This document shows positions 41,507-52,927 of a DNA stretch of 62,153 bases, in pieces. The DNA is from an uncultured Gammaproteobacteria bacterium. GTDB taxonomy: Bacteria > Patescibacteriota > Microgenomatia > CAYQLK01. The stretch spans positions 1-62,153 of the forward strand of contig CAYOLO010000003.1 in NCBI GenBank assembly GCA_964404855.1, written 5' to 3'. Within the stretch, counting starts at the first letter, position 1; every line of letters begins with the position of its first letter. Under the pieces are notes generated by a model. It saw nothing but the letters and a program-made list of their open reading frames with translations, made no database searches and was not told the DNA's origin. The position numbers were made by a program, and so were the translations under genes.

Positions 41507-42571
41507 CTAGGCCTTTGTTAGTCTATTTTGGATGATTATTCCATTAATTACTCCAAGAATTAATGAAAGACTAAGGACGGAAGATCCGCCGTAGGAAATA
41601 AAAGGCAAAGTTATTCCTGTAACAGGCAAAATTCCTAAATTCATTCCAATTGCGATAAAAAACTGAAAAAGTATTAAGCTTGCGCCGGCAACTAACACTA
41701 AAACTGAAAAGGTGTTGATAGCTTTGGATGCATAATAAAAAAGTGAAGAAACTAGGGTCAAAAATGACAGTAATATTACAAATGACCCAATAAAACCAAC
41801 CTCCTCAGCTATTGAGGCGAACACAAAATCTGTGTGTTTTTCTGGCAAAAAATTCAACTGACTTTGAGTACCCCTACTTAGTCCTTTGCCAAAGATTTCC
41901 CCAGAACCAATTGAGATTTGCGATTGAATTACCGCATAGCCTGCACCGAGTGGATCTTGGGTTGGATTAAGAAAAGTATTGACACGTTCTTTTTGATATG
42001 GAGCCAAAAGCATCCAAACAACAGGTAAGGAAATAATAGAAAAGATTAACAAAAATAAAATATATCTCGTCTGCAAACCTTTAATAAAAATCATTGAAAA
42101 CCAAATTAAAAGGATTGGCATTGCAGAACCCAAATCCGGTTCTATAAAAATTAATACAAAAGGAATTAGTGCGATTATTAGGCTTGTAAATATCTGCAAC
42201 TTTCTGGAAATATTGTCTGCAGCTGACATAAAGGCGGCTAAAAAGAAAATTGTCGCAGATTTGGCAAGCTCTGAAGGTTGAAACCTAAACGACCCAAAGT
42301 CGAACCATCTAATGGATCCCCTGACATTTTCTCCAAATACTAAAACGGCAATTAAAAAAATAACGACAAGTATGAAAAAATATGGCGAGAATTTTTTGAT
42401 TAAGCTTGAGTCGACAAAGGTGAAAAAGAAAATTATTGCCAAGGCTAAGACGTAATAGGTAATTTGATTGGGTAAAAGTTCTGGTTCGGTACTGGCAACT
42501 CCCAATACACCGAGTAATAATATGGCCACAAAAGGTAAGAGTGTGGTGAAAATATATCTAATGGATAGCAT
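41507..42571 (-). CDS. rodA: Rod shape-determining protein RodA (SEDS)
   Basis: RWFDFG..FQPSELAK, EPDLG, DPLGAGY..IQS, LPEKHTDF, EEVG, PFISYGGSS. Confidence 0.93.
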   Translation of the reverse strand: MLSIRYIFTTLLPFVAILLLGVLGVASTEPELLPNQITYYVLALAIIFFFTFVDSSLIKKFSPYFFILVVIFLIAVLVFGENVRGSIRWFDFGSFRFQPSELAKSATIFFLAAFMSAADNISRKLQIFTSLIIALIPFVLIFIEPDLGSAMPILLIWFSMIFIKGLQTRYILFLLIFSIISLPVVWMLLAPYQKERVNTFLNPTQDPLGAGYAVIQSQISIGSGEIFGKGLSRGTQSQLNFLPEKHTDFVFASIAEEVGFIGSFVILLSFLTLVSSLFYYASKAINTFSVLVLVAGASLILFQFFIAIGMNLGILPVTGITLPFISYGGSSVLSLSLILGVINGIIIQNRLTKA

Positions 42572-42580
42572 TTGCCTACT

Positions 42581-45391
42581 CTAAATAAGTTCGATTTTTA
42601 ACTCATCGCCGAGACTGATTGAATCAGCAGAGGTTGCAGTCAGGATTGAGTCGGTTTGGTCTTCGGGCCAAGTAGAGGCAGTTATTTTTATTCGCTGATC
42701 TTTGGTGAGACGAAGATTTTTTCTTAAGGTTTGAATCTCTCTAATTAAATCTCTGGCAAGACCGAGTGAGATTAGTTCTTTGTCTGTTTTGTAATTATCG
42801 TTAATTTTTACTCCAATTTCGTTACTTGGCGAGTAGGAAAGATGGCGGATATTAAGTTCAGCGGACAACATTTCTTCATATATTGGATCAAGTTTGGCTT
42901 TTACTTGATACTCTGCATCTACTGTCTGGCGAACCTTTACACCCAAGCTTTTTCTAAGTGAATGTCCAAATTCCACCAAACTTCTGGTAAGAATAATATT
43001 TTGATTGATTTCACTAGCTTTATTTGTGGTCTTACTTTCACTTGGCCAATCGGCTAGCAAAACAGACTCATTATCAGAGGTAAGTTGGTAAATTTTTTCT
43101 GAGATAAAAGGCGCAAATGGTGAAAAAATTATCGAAAGGCTTGTAAAAACCTGATTGAGTGTGGTGAGTACGTCTGTTGAAGTATCTGGGTTTTCAGCTC
43201 TTTTTCTGGATAATCTGATATACCAACCAGAAAGATCGTTGACTACAAATTTTTCGATTAATTTAATAGCTGATGCGGAGTCATATTTTTCTAAATAATT
43301 TTTACAATTGTTGGTTAAAGCATCTAGTTGAGACAAGATCCACACATCTAATATACTGTCGGAGACATGACCTTTTTTGGCTGCCTGTTCATTGTTGTAA
43401 TAGAAGAGAAAGGAGTTCCAGAGAATCAGATAGAATCGTCTTTTGATGTCAGAAGCGTTTTTGTAACCAAACTTAAGATTAAGTTCTGGATTACTTAAGG
43501 AATACATAACTCGCATTATGTCTGAACCCATTTCTTCAGCTGCGTCGTCGAACCAAATAGCATTACCTGAACTTTTGTGCATTTCTTTTCCAAACTCGTC
43601 CTGAACATTACCGTGACCAAGCAGATTCTTAAAAGGAGATTTGCCAGTTAAAACTGTCGACATGGCAAGAAGTGAATAAAACCAGTTTTTAAATTGACCA
43701 GGGAATCCTTCAACCACAAAGTCAGCTGGGAACCATTTTTCAAAGTATTCTTTGTCGGAGTCATATTTCAAGGTGGCCATTGGAACGATTCCTGCGTCAA
43801 GCCAAGGATTGCCGACATCGGGAATTCTTTTAATGGGGTTGCCACATTTTGTACAACTGATTTGGACTTTATCAATATATGGACGGTGCGGAGTATTGCC
43901 CTCAAAATCACTCCAACCTGAAACTGATTTTTGCTGTAATTCATCTTTTGAACCAACCACTTCAAAACTATCACAAGACGAACATTCATAAATCGGTAGA
44001 GCCAAACCCCAGTATCTTTTTTTGGAAATCAACCAATCATGCATATTCTTGAGCCAGTCTAGTTCACGATACAGACCCCACTCCGGCATCCAATGCGCCA
44101 GCTTGGTACTTTCTACTATTTGTTCGCGGAAAGTTTTGCCTGATTGATCAGGAGTATCCATTGAGATGTACCACTCGTCGACAACTCTAAAAACTAACTC
44201 GGTTTTGCATCTCCAACAGTTAGGATATCTGTGGGTGTAATCTAGAGTTTTGAACAAAAATCCCCTATCGGTTAATAACTCAATTATTAACTCGGGGTTT
44301 TCTTTAGCATTTTTGCCGCTTAGATAATCAAGGTCAGAATTATAAATCGCATCTTCACCAATAAGATTAATGACTGGGAGATCAAGTTGTTTGCTAAGCG
44401 CAAAGTCTTCCATTCCAGCGCCAGGGGCAATATGAACAAGCCCTGTACCCTCTGTTTCAGTGACTAAATCTGGAGCAGGAATTATTTTATGGGTAACTCC
44501 GGTTAAAAGTTTAAGATCTTCGAATGGTGCAGAGTACTCAAGATCAATTAATTCTTTCCCTTTTAGCTCCTTTGTTACCTTGTGGTTGGGGATTATTTTG
44601 TTAGCTAATTTTTTGGAAACGATATAAATTGTACCCTCAAATTCTGCTTCAATATAGTCAAGATCGGGATGGACTGCAACAGCGACATTACCTGGAATAG
44701 TCCAAGGCGTGGTCGTCCAAACCAGCAGTTTTTTATTCTCGTTTTTGATTGGAAGTACAAAAAATATCGATTTGTGAGTAACGTTTTGATATTCTTCGGA
44801 TAATATTTCGTGCTGAGAAATGGCAGTTCCACAGCGAGGACACCAAGGCACAGCATCACGCCCTTTATAAATCCACCCTTTTTCATTACAAACTTTTAAG
44901 AAATTCCAAATCGCGTAATTGTTCTCCTCAGACATAGTGAAATAAGAGTTTTCCCAATCCATTAAATATCCCAGTCTTTTACTCTGTTCTGTGATTGTAT
45001 GAGCGTATTTAATTACTCTCTCTTTACATTTTTCTACAAAATTATCGATACCGTAGGCCTCAATATCTTTTTTGTTCTTAAAACCTAACTCTTTTTCCAC
45101 CTCGACTTCGACCCACAAACCTTGACAGTCAAATCCGTTTTGATATCTCTGGGCGTGACCAAGGAGAGTATGAAATCTCTGAAAAACATCTTTATATGTT
45201 CTACCCCATCCGTGATGGACGCCCATTTTGTTGTTGGCCGTGATTGGACCGTCAATAAATGAAAACGTTTGACTGGATGAGTCGTTTTTGTGAAGGTATT
45301 TGTCAATAATTCCGAATTTGTACCAAAAATCTAAAACTTCTTTTTCTAACTCAATAAAGTTTTGGTTGGATGGCAGTTTGGATTTCTTCAT
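42581..45391 (-). CDS. ileS: Isoleucyl-tRNA synthetase (type 2-like)
   Basis: DGPITAN..GVHHGW, GFDCQGL, WTTTPWT, GTGLVHIAP, DWLISKKRYWG, EMHKS.GN. Confidence 0.95.
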   Translation of the reverse strand: MKKSKLPSNQNFIELEKEVLDFWYKFGIIDKYLHKNDSSSQTFSFIDGPITANNKMGVHHGWGRTYKDVFQRFHTLLGHAQRYQNGFDCQGLWVEVEVEKELGFKNKKDIEAYGIDNFVEKCKERVIKYAHTITEQSKRLGYLMDWENSYFTMSEENNYAIWNFLKVCNEKGWIYKGRDAVPWCPRCGTAISQHEILSEEYQNVTHKSIFFVLPIKNENKKLLVWTTTPWTIPGNVAVAVHPDLDYIEAEFEGTIYIVSKKLANKIIPNHKVTKELKGKELIDLEYSAPFEDLKLLTGVTHKIIPAPDLVTETEGTGLVHIAPGAGMEDFALSKQLDLPVINLIGEDAIYNSDLDYLSGKNAKENPELIIELLTDRGFLFKTLDYTHRYPNCWRCKTELVFRVVDEWYISMDTPDQSGKTFREQIVESTKLAHWMPEWGLYRELDWLKNMHDWLISKKRYWGLALPIYECSSCDSFEVVGSKDELQQKSVSGWSDFEGNTPHRPYIDKVQISCTKCGNPIKRIPDVGNPWLDAGIVPMATLKYDSDKEYFEKWFPADFVVEGFPGQFKNWFYSLLAMSTVLTGKSPFKNLLGHGNVQDEFGKEMHKSSGNAIWFDDAAEEMGSDIMRVMYSLSNPELNLKFGYKNASDIKRRFYLILWNSFLFYYNNEQAAKKGHVSDSILDVWILSQLDALTNNCKNYLEKYDSASAIKLIEKFVVNDLSGWYIRLSRKRAENPDTSTDVLTTLNQVFTSLSIIFSPFAPFISEKIYQLTSDNESVLLADWPSESKTTNKASEINQNIILTRSLVEFGHSLRKSLGVKVRQTVDAEYQVKAKLDPIYEEMLSAELNIRHLSYSPSNEIGVKINDNYKTDKELISLGLARDLIREIQTLRKNLRLTKDQRIKITASTWPEDQTDSILTATSADSISLGDELKIELI

Positions 45392-45464
45392 TAATTAAAT
45401 TGGTTTGGTTACTTTGGTGTGTGGCTGATTATGCCAAAAATTTGGCCAAAATTACAATCGGATT

Positions 45465-47096
45465 TTATTTAATCGCTGATTTTATAAAACCTACAAACAT
45501 TGGATGAGGCGAAAGCGGCCTCGATAATAGCTCTGGGTGAAATTGGCTTGCAATAAAAAATGGATGGGTTGGAATTTCGATAATTTCAACAAGCCCTGTC
45601 TCAGGATTAACTCCACTAACCTCAAGACCGGCTTTGGTGAATTTGTTGACGTAAGAGTTGTTGACTTCATACCTGTGTCTGTGACGCTCAAAAATTATGC
45701 CTTTGTTATAAAGTTTTTTAGCAAGACTTGATGGGGATAATTTACACTTGTACAAACCTAATCTCATTGAGTTTCCCATTTCAGCCTTAGCAAGTTTGCT
45801 TTTTTGACTTTCCATAATATCAATCACAGGATTTTTGGTATTGGGACTTATTTCTGTTGTGTCGGCGTCACTAATACCTAAAACATTTCTACAAAATTCT
45901 ACAACAGCCAAATGAAGTCCGTAACAAAGACCAAGATAGGGAACGTTCTCTGTTCGGGCATACTTTATCGCTCTAATTATTCCATCCACACCTCGTACGC
46001 CGAAACCACCTGGTACTACAATCCCGCTAAATTCAGAAAGAACCTCTATGGTTTTTTTGTCCGAATCGAGAGTTTGTGAGTCAATCCAAGAAAGTTTAAC
46101 AGCAACAGAGTTGGCAACTCCGGCGTGTTTAATTGCTTCGATTACTGAGATGTACGAATCAGACAAGTTGAAATCTCCGGTATTAAAATATTTTCCGACG
46201 ACGGCAATGTTAATGGTTTTTTTGGGATTTTTGGTTTTTTGTACATATTTTTCCCAAGCGGTAATCTTGGCATTTTTCTTTTTTAAGAATAATTTTTTAA
46301 GTATTTGATTACAAAATTTTTGAGAGTTGAGAATCATCGGAATATCATAAATTGATTCAACGTCGGGATTGGAAATAATATTTTCTGGAGTCATGTTGCA
46401 AAAAAGTGAAAGCTTGTCCTTGCGTTTTTGATCCATGGGGAATTCTGACCTGCAAATCAAAAAGTCTGGCTGAAGTCCAAAGGAATTAAGCATTCGTACT
46501 GATTGCTGAATTGGTTTTGACTTCATTTCACCAATCGACTTGGGGGTAGGTAGATATCCAACGTGAATATGTACAACATCTTTGGGGTGCAGAAGTTTAA
46601 GTATTCTATTGGCTTCTAAAAAAAGCGTGTTTTGATATTCACCGACCGTACCACCTATTTCAATAACTACAATATCAGCCTTAGACTTGTCAGCAAGCAG
46701 GTCAATTTGGCTAATAATTTGATTTGGTACGTCAGGTACAACCTCAACACAACGACCTTCAAATTCTAGTCTGCGTTCTCTGGCTATGATTTCTGAATAA
46801 ACCTTTCCTGTCGTTGTAAAATTCAGCTTGGATAAATTTTCATTTAAGAATCTTTCGTAGTTGCCAAGATCCTGATCTGTTTCGGCGCCGTCATCTGTGA
46901 CAAACACCTCACCATGTTCGGTGGGGTTCATAGTGCCGGCGTCAACATTAATATATGGATCGCATTTGAATGGGGAAACTTTATAACCGTGACTTTTGAG
47001 AAGTAAACTGATTGAAGCGGTCGTTATACCTTTTCCGACTCCGGAAATAACACCACCAGAAACAAAAATGTATTTTCTAGGTTTTTTGACCACCAA
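45465..47096 (-). CDS. pyrG: CTP synthase
   Basis: SGGVISGVGKG, DPYINVDAGTM, GLCYG, ERHRHRYE, QFHPE. Confidence 0.98.
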   Translation of the reverse strand: MVVKKPRKYIFVSGGVISGVGKGITTASISLLLKSHGYKVSPFKCDPYINVDAGTMNPTEHGEVFVTDDGAETDQDLGNYERFLNENLSKLNFTTTGKVYSEIIARERRLEFEGRCVEVVPDVPNQIISQIDLLADKSKADIVVIEIGGTVGEYQNTLFLEANRILKLLHPKDVVHIHVGYLPTPKSIGEMKSKPIQQSVRMLNSFGLQPDFLICRSEFPMDQKRKDKLSLFCNMTPENIISNPDVESIYDIPMILNSQKFCNQILKKLFLKKKNAKITAWEKYVQKTKNPKKTINIAVVGKYFNTGDFNLSDSYISVIEAIKHAGVANSVAVKLSWIDSQTLDSDKKTIEVLSEFSGIVVPGGFGVRGVDGIIRAIKYARTENVPYLGLCYGLHLAVVEFCRNVLGISDADTTEISPNTKNPVIDIMESQKSKLAKAEMGNSMRLGLYKCKLSPSSLAKKLYNKGIIFERHRHRYEVNNSYVNKFTKAGLEVSGVNPETGLVEIIEIPTHPFFIASQFHPELLSRPLSPHPMFVGFIKSAIK

Positions 47097-47132
47097 TTTA
47101 TTTTTATTTTAATTTTCTGTATCTATGTTAGC

Positions 47133-48350
47133 CTAATTTCTTTGGCGAAGAAAGGCTGGAACATCCCACTCGTCCTCTTCGACGAATTCCTCTTTATTTT
47201 CGGTAGAGGATTTTATGGTTTCGTTAGATTGTTCAAAATCCCGAGTTTCGTTCTGATGACTTGATGCGTGAATGTTTGGACGAGAATATGGTTGTTCTTC
47301 AGTGTCTTCGGTTTTATCCTCTTCTTCATCGTCGTGATAACTGACAGGCCTCGGAGCGTATGAAGAGCTAGTAGCATAACCACCACCCAGTTTAATCTCG
47401 TCATCAAATCCTGTTGCTACAACTGTAATTTTTATCTGATCGACCATGTTTTCGTCGATTGTGTAACCATAAATTATCTGCGCGTCTGGATCAGCTGGTT
47501 TGGTAATAACTTGAGCAGCTTCATCAACCTCAGTTAGTGACAAGTCTGGTCCGCCAGTAATATTGAACAGAAGTCCTTTGGCGCCTTCAATTGAAACATC
47601 AAGAAGTGGAGAAACAACAGCTTGGCGTGCAGCATTAATTGCACGATTCTCTCCTGAAGCAATACCCATACCCATAAGTGCTGACCCTGAATCTTTCATG
47701 ACAGCTTTGACGTCGGCAAAATCAACGTTGATGTTGCCTGAGACGGTAATCAGATCAGAAATTCCTTGAACGCCGTTGGTAAGAATTGTGTCTGACAATT
47801 TAAACGCGTCGATTAGTGAAACTTTTTTATCAACTACCTCAATAAGCCTTTGGTTGGGGATAACAATTAAAGTGTCTACGTTATCTCGAAGGTTTGCGAT
47901 ACCCTCTTCGGCAATCAACATTCTTCGGGTTCCCTCGAAAGCAAAAGGTTTGGTTACGACTGCAACTGTAAGAATGCCTAATTTTTTAGCTATTGAAGCT
48001 ACAACAGGCCCTGCTCCAGTACCAGTTCCACCACCACCTCCATAGGTGACAAAAACCATATCTGACCCTTCGAGCACTTCTTGAATTTTATCAATAGATT
48101 CTTCAGCTGCTTGGCGACCAATTTCTGGATCAGCACCAGCACCAAGCCCTTTGGTAAGTTGATCACCCAGTTGGACCTTAACTGGAGCAAGAGAAGAAAG
48201 TAATTGCTGTGCATCGGTGTTGATAACCACGAAATCGACATCGTGAATCGTATTGCCAGCGATCATGGAATTAATGGCGTTTCCACCACCACCCCCCACG
48301 CCTATGACTTTAATTTTTGCGAAATTTGTTACTTCGGGTTTTACAAGCAT
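47133..48350 (-). CDS. ftsZ: Cell division protein FtsZ
   Basis: [24 protein letters not shown]-terminal DVPAFLR. Confidence 0.99.
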   Translation of the reverse strand: MLVKPEVTNFAKIKVIGVGGGGGNAINSMIAGNTIHDVDFVVINTDAQQLLSSLAPVKVQLGDQLTKGLGAGADPEIGRQAAEESIDKIQEVLEGSDMVFVTYGGGGGTGTGAGPVVASIAKKLGILTVAVVTKPFAFEGTRRMLIAEEGIANLRDNVDTLIVIPNQRLIEVVDKKVSLIDAFKLSDTILTNGVQGISDLITVSGNINVDFADVKAVMKDSGSALMGMGIASGENRAINAARQAVVSPLLDVSIEGAKGLLFNITGGPDLSLTEVDEAAQVITKPADPDAQIIYGYTIDENMVDQIKITVVATGFDDEIKLGGGYATSSSYAPRPVSYHDDEEEDKTEDTEEQPYSRPNIHASSHQNETRDFEQSNETIKSSTENKEEFVEEDEWDVPAFLRQRN

Positions 48351-48497
48351 TTTATGTCAAAATGAACACTTTTTTTAATCATTTTGCAATTTAGCCTCGT
48401 TAATATTTCTTATGGCAGGGAAAGAATTTAGACTAAATTGTCTAGTCGAACTCTAACAAATTATATAACTTTATTCAAGTTATTTTTTTGTCTATTT

Positions 48498-49775
48498 TTA
48501 GGGGAGTAAAGACTTTACCCAATTAACTGCTTTTGTCACACTCTCTTTGATTTCGACTCTGCCAACAATTGGCATCCTTGAGTCTTCGTATGTATCAGTC
48601 TTAAGAGCGAAAAGAATTAACCCTAAAGATGCAGCAAATTCTGGAGTTGAAATTTCATCAATTAGACCTTTAGCGTATTGTGGTTTACCTTGCCTAACTG
48701 GCATACCAAGTTCTCTTTTGGCGTGCTCGACTATACCAATAGTTTGCGCTCCCCCACCGGTAAGTACGACACCAGCAGGTGTGAGTGAGCCAAAGCCGGA
48801 TTTTTTAATCTCGTCCTTAACCATTTTTAGTATTTCGTTTACTCTCGGCTTAATAAAACCATCAGTCAACATTTTGAACGAAGCTTTTTCGACTGGTTCG
48901 TCTAGACGCAGACTCGACAAATCTAAATAATCATCTTTTTTGTGAGTTGGTTTTTCGGATTGTGGCTTTAAAAACTTTAAGGCAGACGGCTTGGAAAGAT
49001 GAAGTTTGATTTTTTCTGCTGACTCAAGACTAATTCTTTGACCAATTGCGATATCGTTGGTAATGTTTTTAGCTCCAACTGGCAAAACAGCAGAATAGGC
49101 AACTGCGCCATCGACATAAATCACCACGTCTGTTGTGCCACCGCCAATATCGACAACAACAACGCCAAGTTCTTTCTCTGTGTCAGACAAAACTGCCTCT
49201 GCTGCTGCAAGTCCAGAAAAAACCATTGATTCAACACCAACGCCAACGGTTTGGACACATTTTCCTAAATTCCTAATTGCAGTGGTCGCTCCGGTAATCA
49301 AATGAGTTTCTACTTCTAATCTGACTCCTGTCATTCCAACCGGATCCTTAATGCCGGTTTGAGAGTCGATTGAGAAGTGTCTTGGAATAACGTGCAGTAC
49401 TTCACGAGAAGAAGGCAAAGAGACTGCTCTGGCGGCCTCTATGACTCTGTTAATATCAGCATGATCGACTTCACTGCTTGAACTACTAATAGCAACGACC
49501 CCTTTTGAATTCTGACACTCAATATGTGTCCCACCAATTAAGACAAAGGCGCTTCCAGCAGAAAAACCCGCCATTCTTTCAGCGGCTTCGATTGATTTTG
49601 TTACAGCTCCGACTGATTCCTCAATATCGATTATCTGGCCTTTTCTAATGCCCTTTGATGGCATAGAAGAAACTCCAATAATGTGAGGAATTTGATCTTC
49701 GTCGATAGTCGAAATAATTGTACAAATCTTAGATGATCCGATGTCTATACCAACAATAACTCTGTCTTTTGCCAT
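48498..49775 (-). CDS. ftsA: Cell division protein FtsA
   Basis: GIDIGSSKI, DIGGGTTD, VLTGGGA. Confidence 0.97.
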   Translation of the reverse strand: MAKDRVIVGIDIGSSKICTIISTIDEDQIPHIIGVSSMPSKGIRKGQIIDIEESVGAVTKSIEAAERMAGFSAGSAFVLIGGTHIECQNSKGVVAISSSSSEVDHADINRVIEAARAVSLPSSREVLHVIPRHFSIDSQTGIKDPVGMTGVRLEVETHLITGATTAIRNLGKCVQTVGVGVESMVFSGLAAAEAVLSDTEKELGVVVVDIGGGTTDVVIYVDGAVAYSAVLPVGAKNITNDIAIGQRISLESAEKIKLHLSKPSALKFLKPQSEKPTHKKDDYLDLSSLRLDEPVEKASFKMLTDGFIKPRVNEILKMVKDEIKKSGFGSLTPAGVVLTGGGAQTIGIVEHAKRELGMPVRQGKPQYAKGLIDEISTPEFAASLGLILFALKTDTYEDSRMPIVGRVEIKESVTKAVNWVKSLLP

Positions 49776-49791
49776 AAATTAAAGGTTAAAT

Positions 49792-50646
49792 TTATTTTTT
49801 TATGTTTACAACTGGATCCTTAAATCTTAGATCAATTGAATCTAGCTTGATACCATCTATTGTACTTTTTTGAATTATTTCTTGCAAAGCTGGACAAAAC
49901 TTTTCGTTTATAGTATTTGGACTGACAAATAATTTGGCATCGAGAGTCGTAAATCCATTATTAACATTTATAAAATAAATATTTAAGTTTTGGTTAATAA
50001 TTAAAAAAGAAGTTGTCTGAATAAGATTATCTGTTAAGCAATCGAGAACATTTTTGATTTTGTAATCTACATAGTTATCACTTTTTTTGTTTTCGGGGAT
50101 GACGAATCTTGGCAAAGATGACTCAGTAGATACTCTATTTTGTAAAAGCAAACGACTATTAAGATCCTTATTTGTGTCAATTAGCTGGGATGATTCTAGG
50201 ATTGCTGAAACTGTTGCAGATCTAAGATCGACACTTGAAGTTGCAATTTTGTCTATTTCTTCTAGTTTTGGACTTATAAATAAATTTGCGATCGGACGAG
50301 CCTGTGTAATCGTAATGTTTAAAACCCTATTTGGTGAGAGTTCAACAAATGCGCTTTCAATACATGGGTTTTTTTCGATTTCTTCCTCTAGTTTTCGAGT
50401 GTTGAATAATATAATTGACTGGCCTGTTTGGTCATAACTATTAAAAGACTCGACCGAAGAGCAATTAAAATTACTAGGGAAATTAAACTTAGACGACTGA
50501 ATTTTTAAAAGATTGGCAAACATTATTCCCCAAACTAAACCAATAACAACACAAAAAAATGTGAAATATTTAAGTAGTTTTTTTTTATTTAAATTTAATG
50601 GCTTTCTCGGAGTTTTGAGTCTGTGATGCCTTGATGAATACTTCAC
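49792..50646 (-). CDS. ftsQ: FtsQ/DivIB-like protein
   Basis: Single TM, IDLRFKDPVV C-terminus, dcw position. Confidence 0.75.
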   Translation of the reverse strand: MKYSSRHHRLKTPRKPLNLNKKKLLKYFTFFCVVIGLVWGIMFANLLKIQSSKFNFPSNFNCSSVESFNSYDQTGQSIILFNTRKLEEEIEKNPCIESAFVELSPNRVLNITITQARPIANLFISPKLEEIDKIATSSVDLRSATVSAILESSQLIDTNKDLNSRLLLQNRVSTESSLPRFVIPENKKSDNYVDYKIKNVLDCLTDNLIQTTSFLIINQNLNIYFINVNNGFTTLDAKLFVSPNTINEKFCPALQEIIQKSTIDGIKLDSIDLRFKDPVVNIKK

Positions 50647-51782
50647 TTTATATCTGAAATACTTTTGACTTGTTTGGCGAGCTTGTTCTCTAAATCAATT
50701 TTTATTTCCTCGTTTAATTGTGTAAATGATTTTGAATCAAAGGATTTGAGTAGGGCGATCAGCGAATTAGAAAAGGATGTGAAGTTAAGATCTTTGGCTT
50801 TAATAATTTTGGCGAGATTTTTGTCTGTTAAAAGCTGAGCATTTTGTAACTGTTCTGAACCAGCTGCAATATCAAGAGGAACGAGAATTGAAGGTATCTG
50901 ATGATAAACAATCTCTGTAATGGTGTTGGCACCTGATCTGCCAAAAATAATTGGTTTTTTATTTAATATTGCACCTACCTCGCTAGTCCTTAGGTGTTCA
51001 ATGATAAATATTTTTTGTTTCAAATTATCCTGAAGAGACTTTTTGAACTTGAGGTCAGAGTAGCTTTTGGCATTATTAAGACTACCCGTTTGAATGATAA
51101 ATCTATAAGGCGTTTTTATTATTTCATCAAAATTATTAACCATAAAATCATTAATTAATTTGGAGCCTTGTCCGCCGCCGGTTACATATAATAATGGTCC
51201 TTGTAGTTCTAAAAACTTTTTTAATTCTGAGTTATTTAAATCGCTAGGTTTGATAATTTCATCCCTTAATAAATTACCCGAAAAAATAACTTTTTGATAG
51301 TCAAAAAATTTTGAAGAAGACCTAAACGAAATAAAAATTTTCTTAGCAAGTTTACCTGTAATTTGGGTTGATAAGCCTGGTATTGAAGTTTGTTCGTGAA
51401 CAAAAATTGGAATTCTTAATATATATGAACTGATAATGACAGGAACTGATAAATATCCACCAAAACCAACAACTAAGTTCGGTTTAATTTTTATTAAATA
51501 AAATAAAGACTGTAAAAATCCAAACGGAATTTTTAACAATGACGGAATTGTGTATTTTGTAAACTTTCTCTGTAGCCTTCCTGTTGTAATAGAATAAAAT
51601 TTTATCGATTTTCTATTTGATAATAGTTTGTACTCGAGTGATTGTGCATTATCCCCTTCGGTCGATTTTTTTCTACCAAAAAAATAAATTTCGATATTTT
51701 TTTCTTTCTCCAGGTTGTCAATTAGGGCGATGGCTGGCGTTGGGTGCCCTCCAATTATTACGACTTTTTTTATTTTTTCCAT
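50643..51782 (-). CDS. murG: MurG glycosyltransferase
   Basis: GGHPTP, GFGGYLS, HEQ, SGN, TGGGQGS, RSGANT. Confidence 0.92.
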   Translation of the reverse strand: MEKIKKVVIIGGHPTPAIALIDNLEKEKNIEIYFFGRKKSTEGDNAQSLEYKLLSNRKSIKFYSITTGRLQRKFTKYTIPSLLKIPFGFLQSLFYLIKIKPNLVVGFGGYLSVPVIISSYILRIPIFVHEQTSIPGLSTQITGKLAKKIFISFRSSSKFFDYQKVIFSGNLLRDEIIKPSDLNNSELKKFLELQGPLLYVTGGGQGSKLINDFMVNNFDEIIKTPYRFIIQTGSLNNAKSYSDLKFKKSLQDNLKQKIFIIEHLRTSEVGAILNKKPIIFGRSGANTITEIVYHQIPSILVPLDIAAGSEQLQNAQLLTDKNLAKIIKAKDLNFTSFSNSLIALLKSFDSKSFTQLNEEIKIDLENKLAKQVKSISDIK

Positions 51783-52927
51783 TTTCTTTTTCTTGAACGA
51801 TAAATATTTACTCTAGGTTCAGTTTGATTTTTGGATATATTAATAAGAATACCAATTGACGACATTGCCATGATTAGAGAAGTTCCCCCGTATGACAAAA
51901 AAGGTAAAGGAATGCCTGTTAGCGGCAATAGTGAGACCATTGACGCTAAATTAATTATTATCTGTAAAGCAAGTGATGTTGTTATGCCAATAGCTAAAAG
52001 GCGAGCCACATTGTCTTTTGCTGAGCCAGCGACTGCAAAACAATTGAATAGTAAAAACCACAAAACACCAATAATAGTTAAAGCGCCAACAAACCCTAAT
52101 TCCTCTGCTGCGATTGCAAAAATACTATCTGTGGTTATTTCGGGAATAAACTCGAACTTCTGCCTTGATTGACCAAGCCCGACACCAAACCATCCGCCAT
52201 TACCAAGAGCAATTAATATTTGATTGATGTGATATGACGTGTTTTGTGTATCAGCTGTCGGATCAATAAATGTTTTAAGCCTGTCGATACGGTAACTTTG
52301 TGTAAATATTAAAAGCATGACACTGACTAAAAAAAGAGGTAGTAAAGAAAATAGTAATTTAGCTTTTACAGCACCAGAGACGTAATAAACAGTAATAGCA
52401 GTGGCAGCAATAATAATTGTTGATTTAAGGTCTGGCTCAAAAAATATAAGACCTAAAATTGGTCCCAATACTAATGCTAAGTTCGCATGTTGTGATTGAA
52501 AATATAGTTTTTTGGGAATTTTTGAACTCCCAAGCCATTGAGACAAGTAAATAATTACTGACAATTTTGCTGCTTCGGATGGTTGAAATTGCTGACCGGC
52601 AACAGTAATCCATCTTTTGGCACCATAGATACTATCAGCAACGCCTGGTATATATAGTGCAGCCAAAAGTGCTAGTGATCCGAAATAAAAGACTTTGGAA
52701 AAACTAATTAAAATTCGATAGTTAATAAACGACAATAAGAAAAGAGAAACAGTCCCCAGTAAAACTGATACTGCTTGTTTTTTAAGTAAATAGCTTTGGT
52801 CACCGAAGTCTCTAAGACTGGTAACGGCTGACGCGTTATAAATTAAAATGAGGCCAATTAATATTAATAAATAGGTTGTTGAAACGAGAGTAATAATATT
52901 TCTATTTTGTGTTGAAAAGATTTTCAT
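51770..52927 (-). CDS. ftsW: FtsW (SEDS)
   Basis: RWI..FQPSE, EPD, YHINQ..IALG.GG..G.G, TDSIFAIAAEELG, PFLSYGG. Confidence 0.93.
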   Translation of the reverse strand: MKIFSTQNRNIITLVSTTYLLILIGLILIYNASAVTSLRDFGDQSYLLKKQAVSVLLGTVSLFLLSFINYRILISFSKVFYFGSLALLAALYIPGVADSIYGAKRWITVAGQQFQPSEAAKLSVIIYLSQWLGSSKIPKKLYFQSQHANLALVLGPILGLIFFEPDLKSTIIIAATAITVYYVSGAVKAKLLFSLLPLFLVSVMLLIFTQSYRIDRLKTFIDPTADTQNTSYHINQILIALGNGGWFGVGLGQSRQKFEFIPEITTDSIFAIAAEELGFVGALTIIGVLWFLLFNCFAVAGSAKDNVARLLAIGITTSLALQIIINLASMVSLLPLTGIPLPFLSYGGTSLIMAMSSIGILINISKNQTEPRVNIYRSRKRKWKK

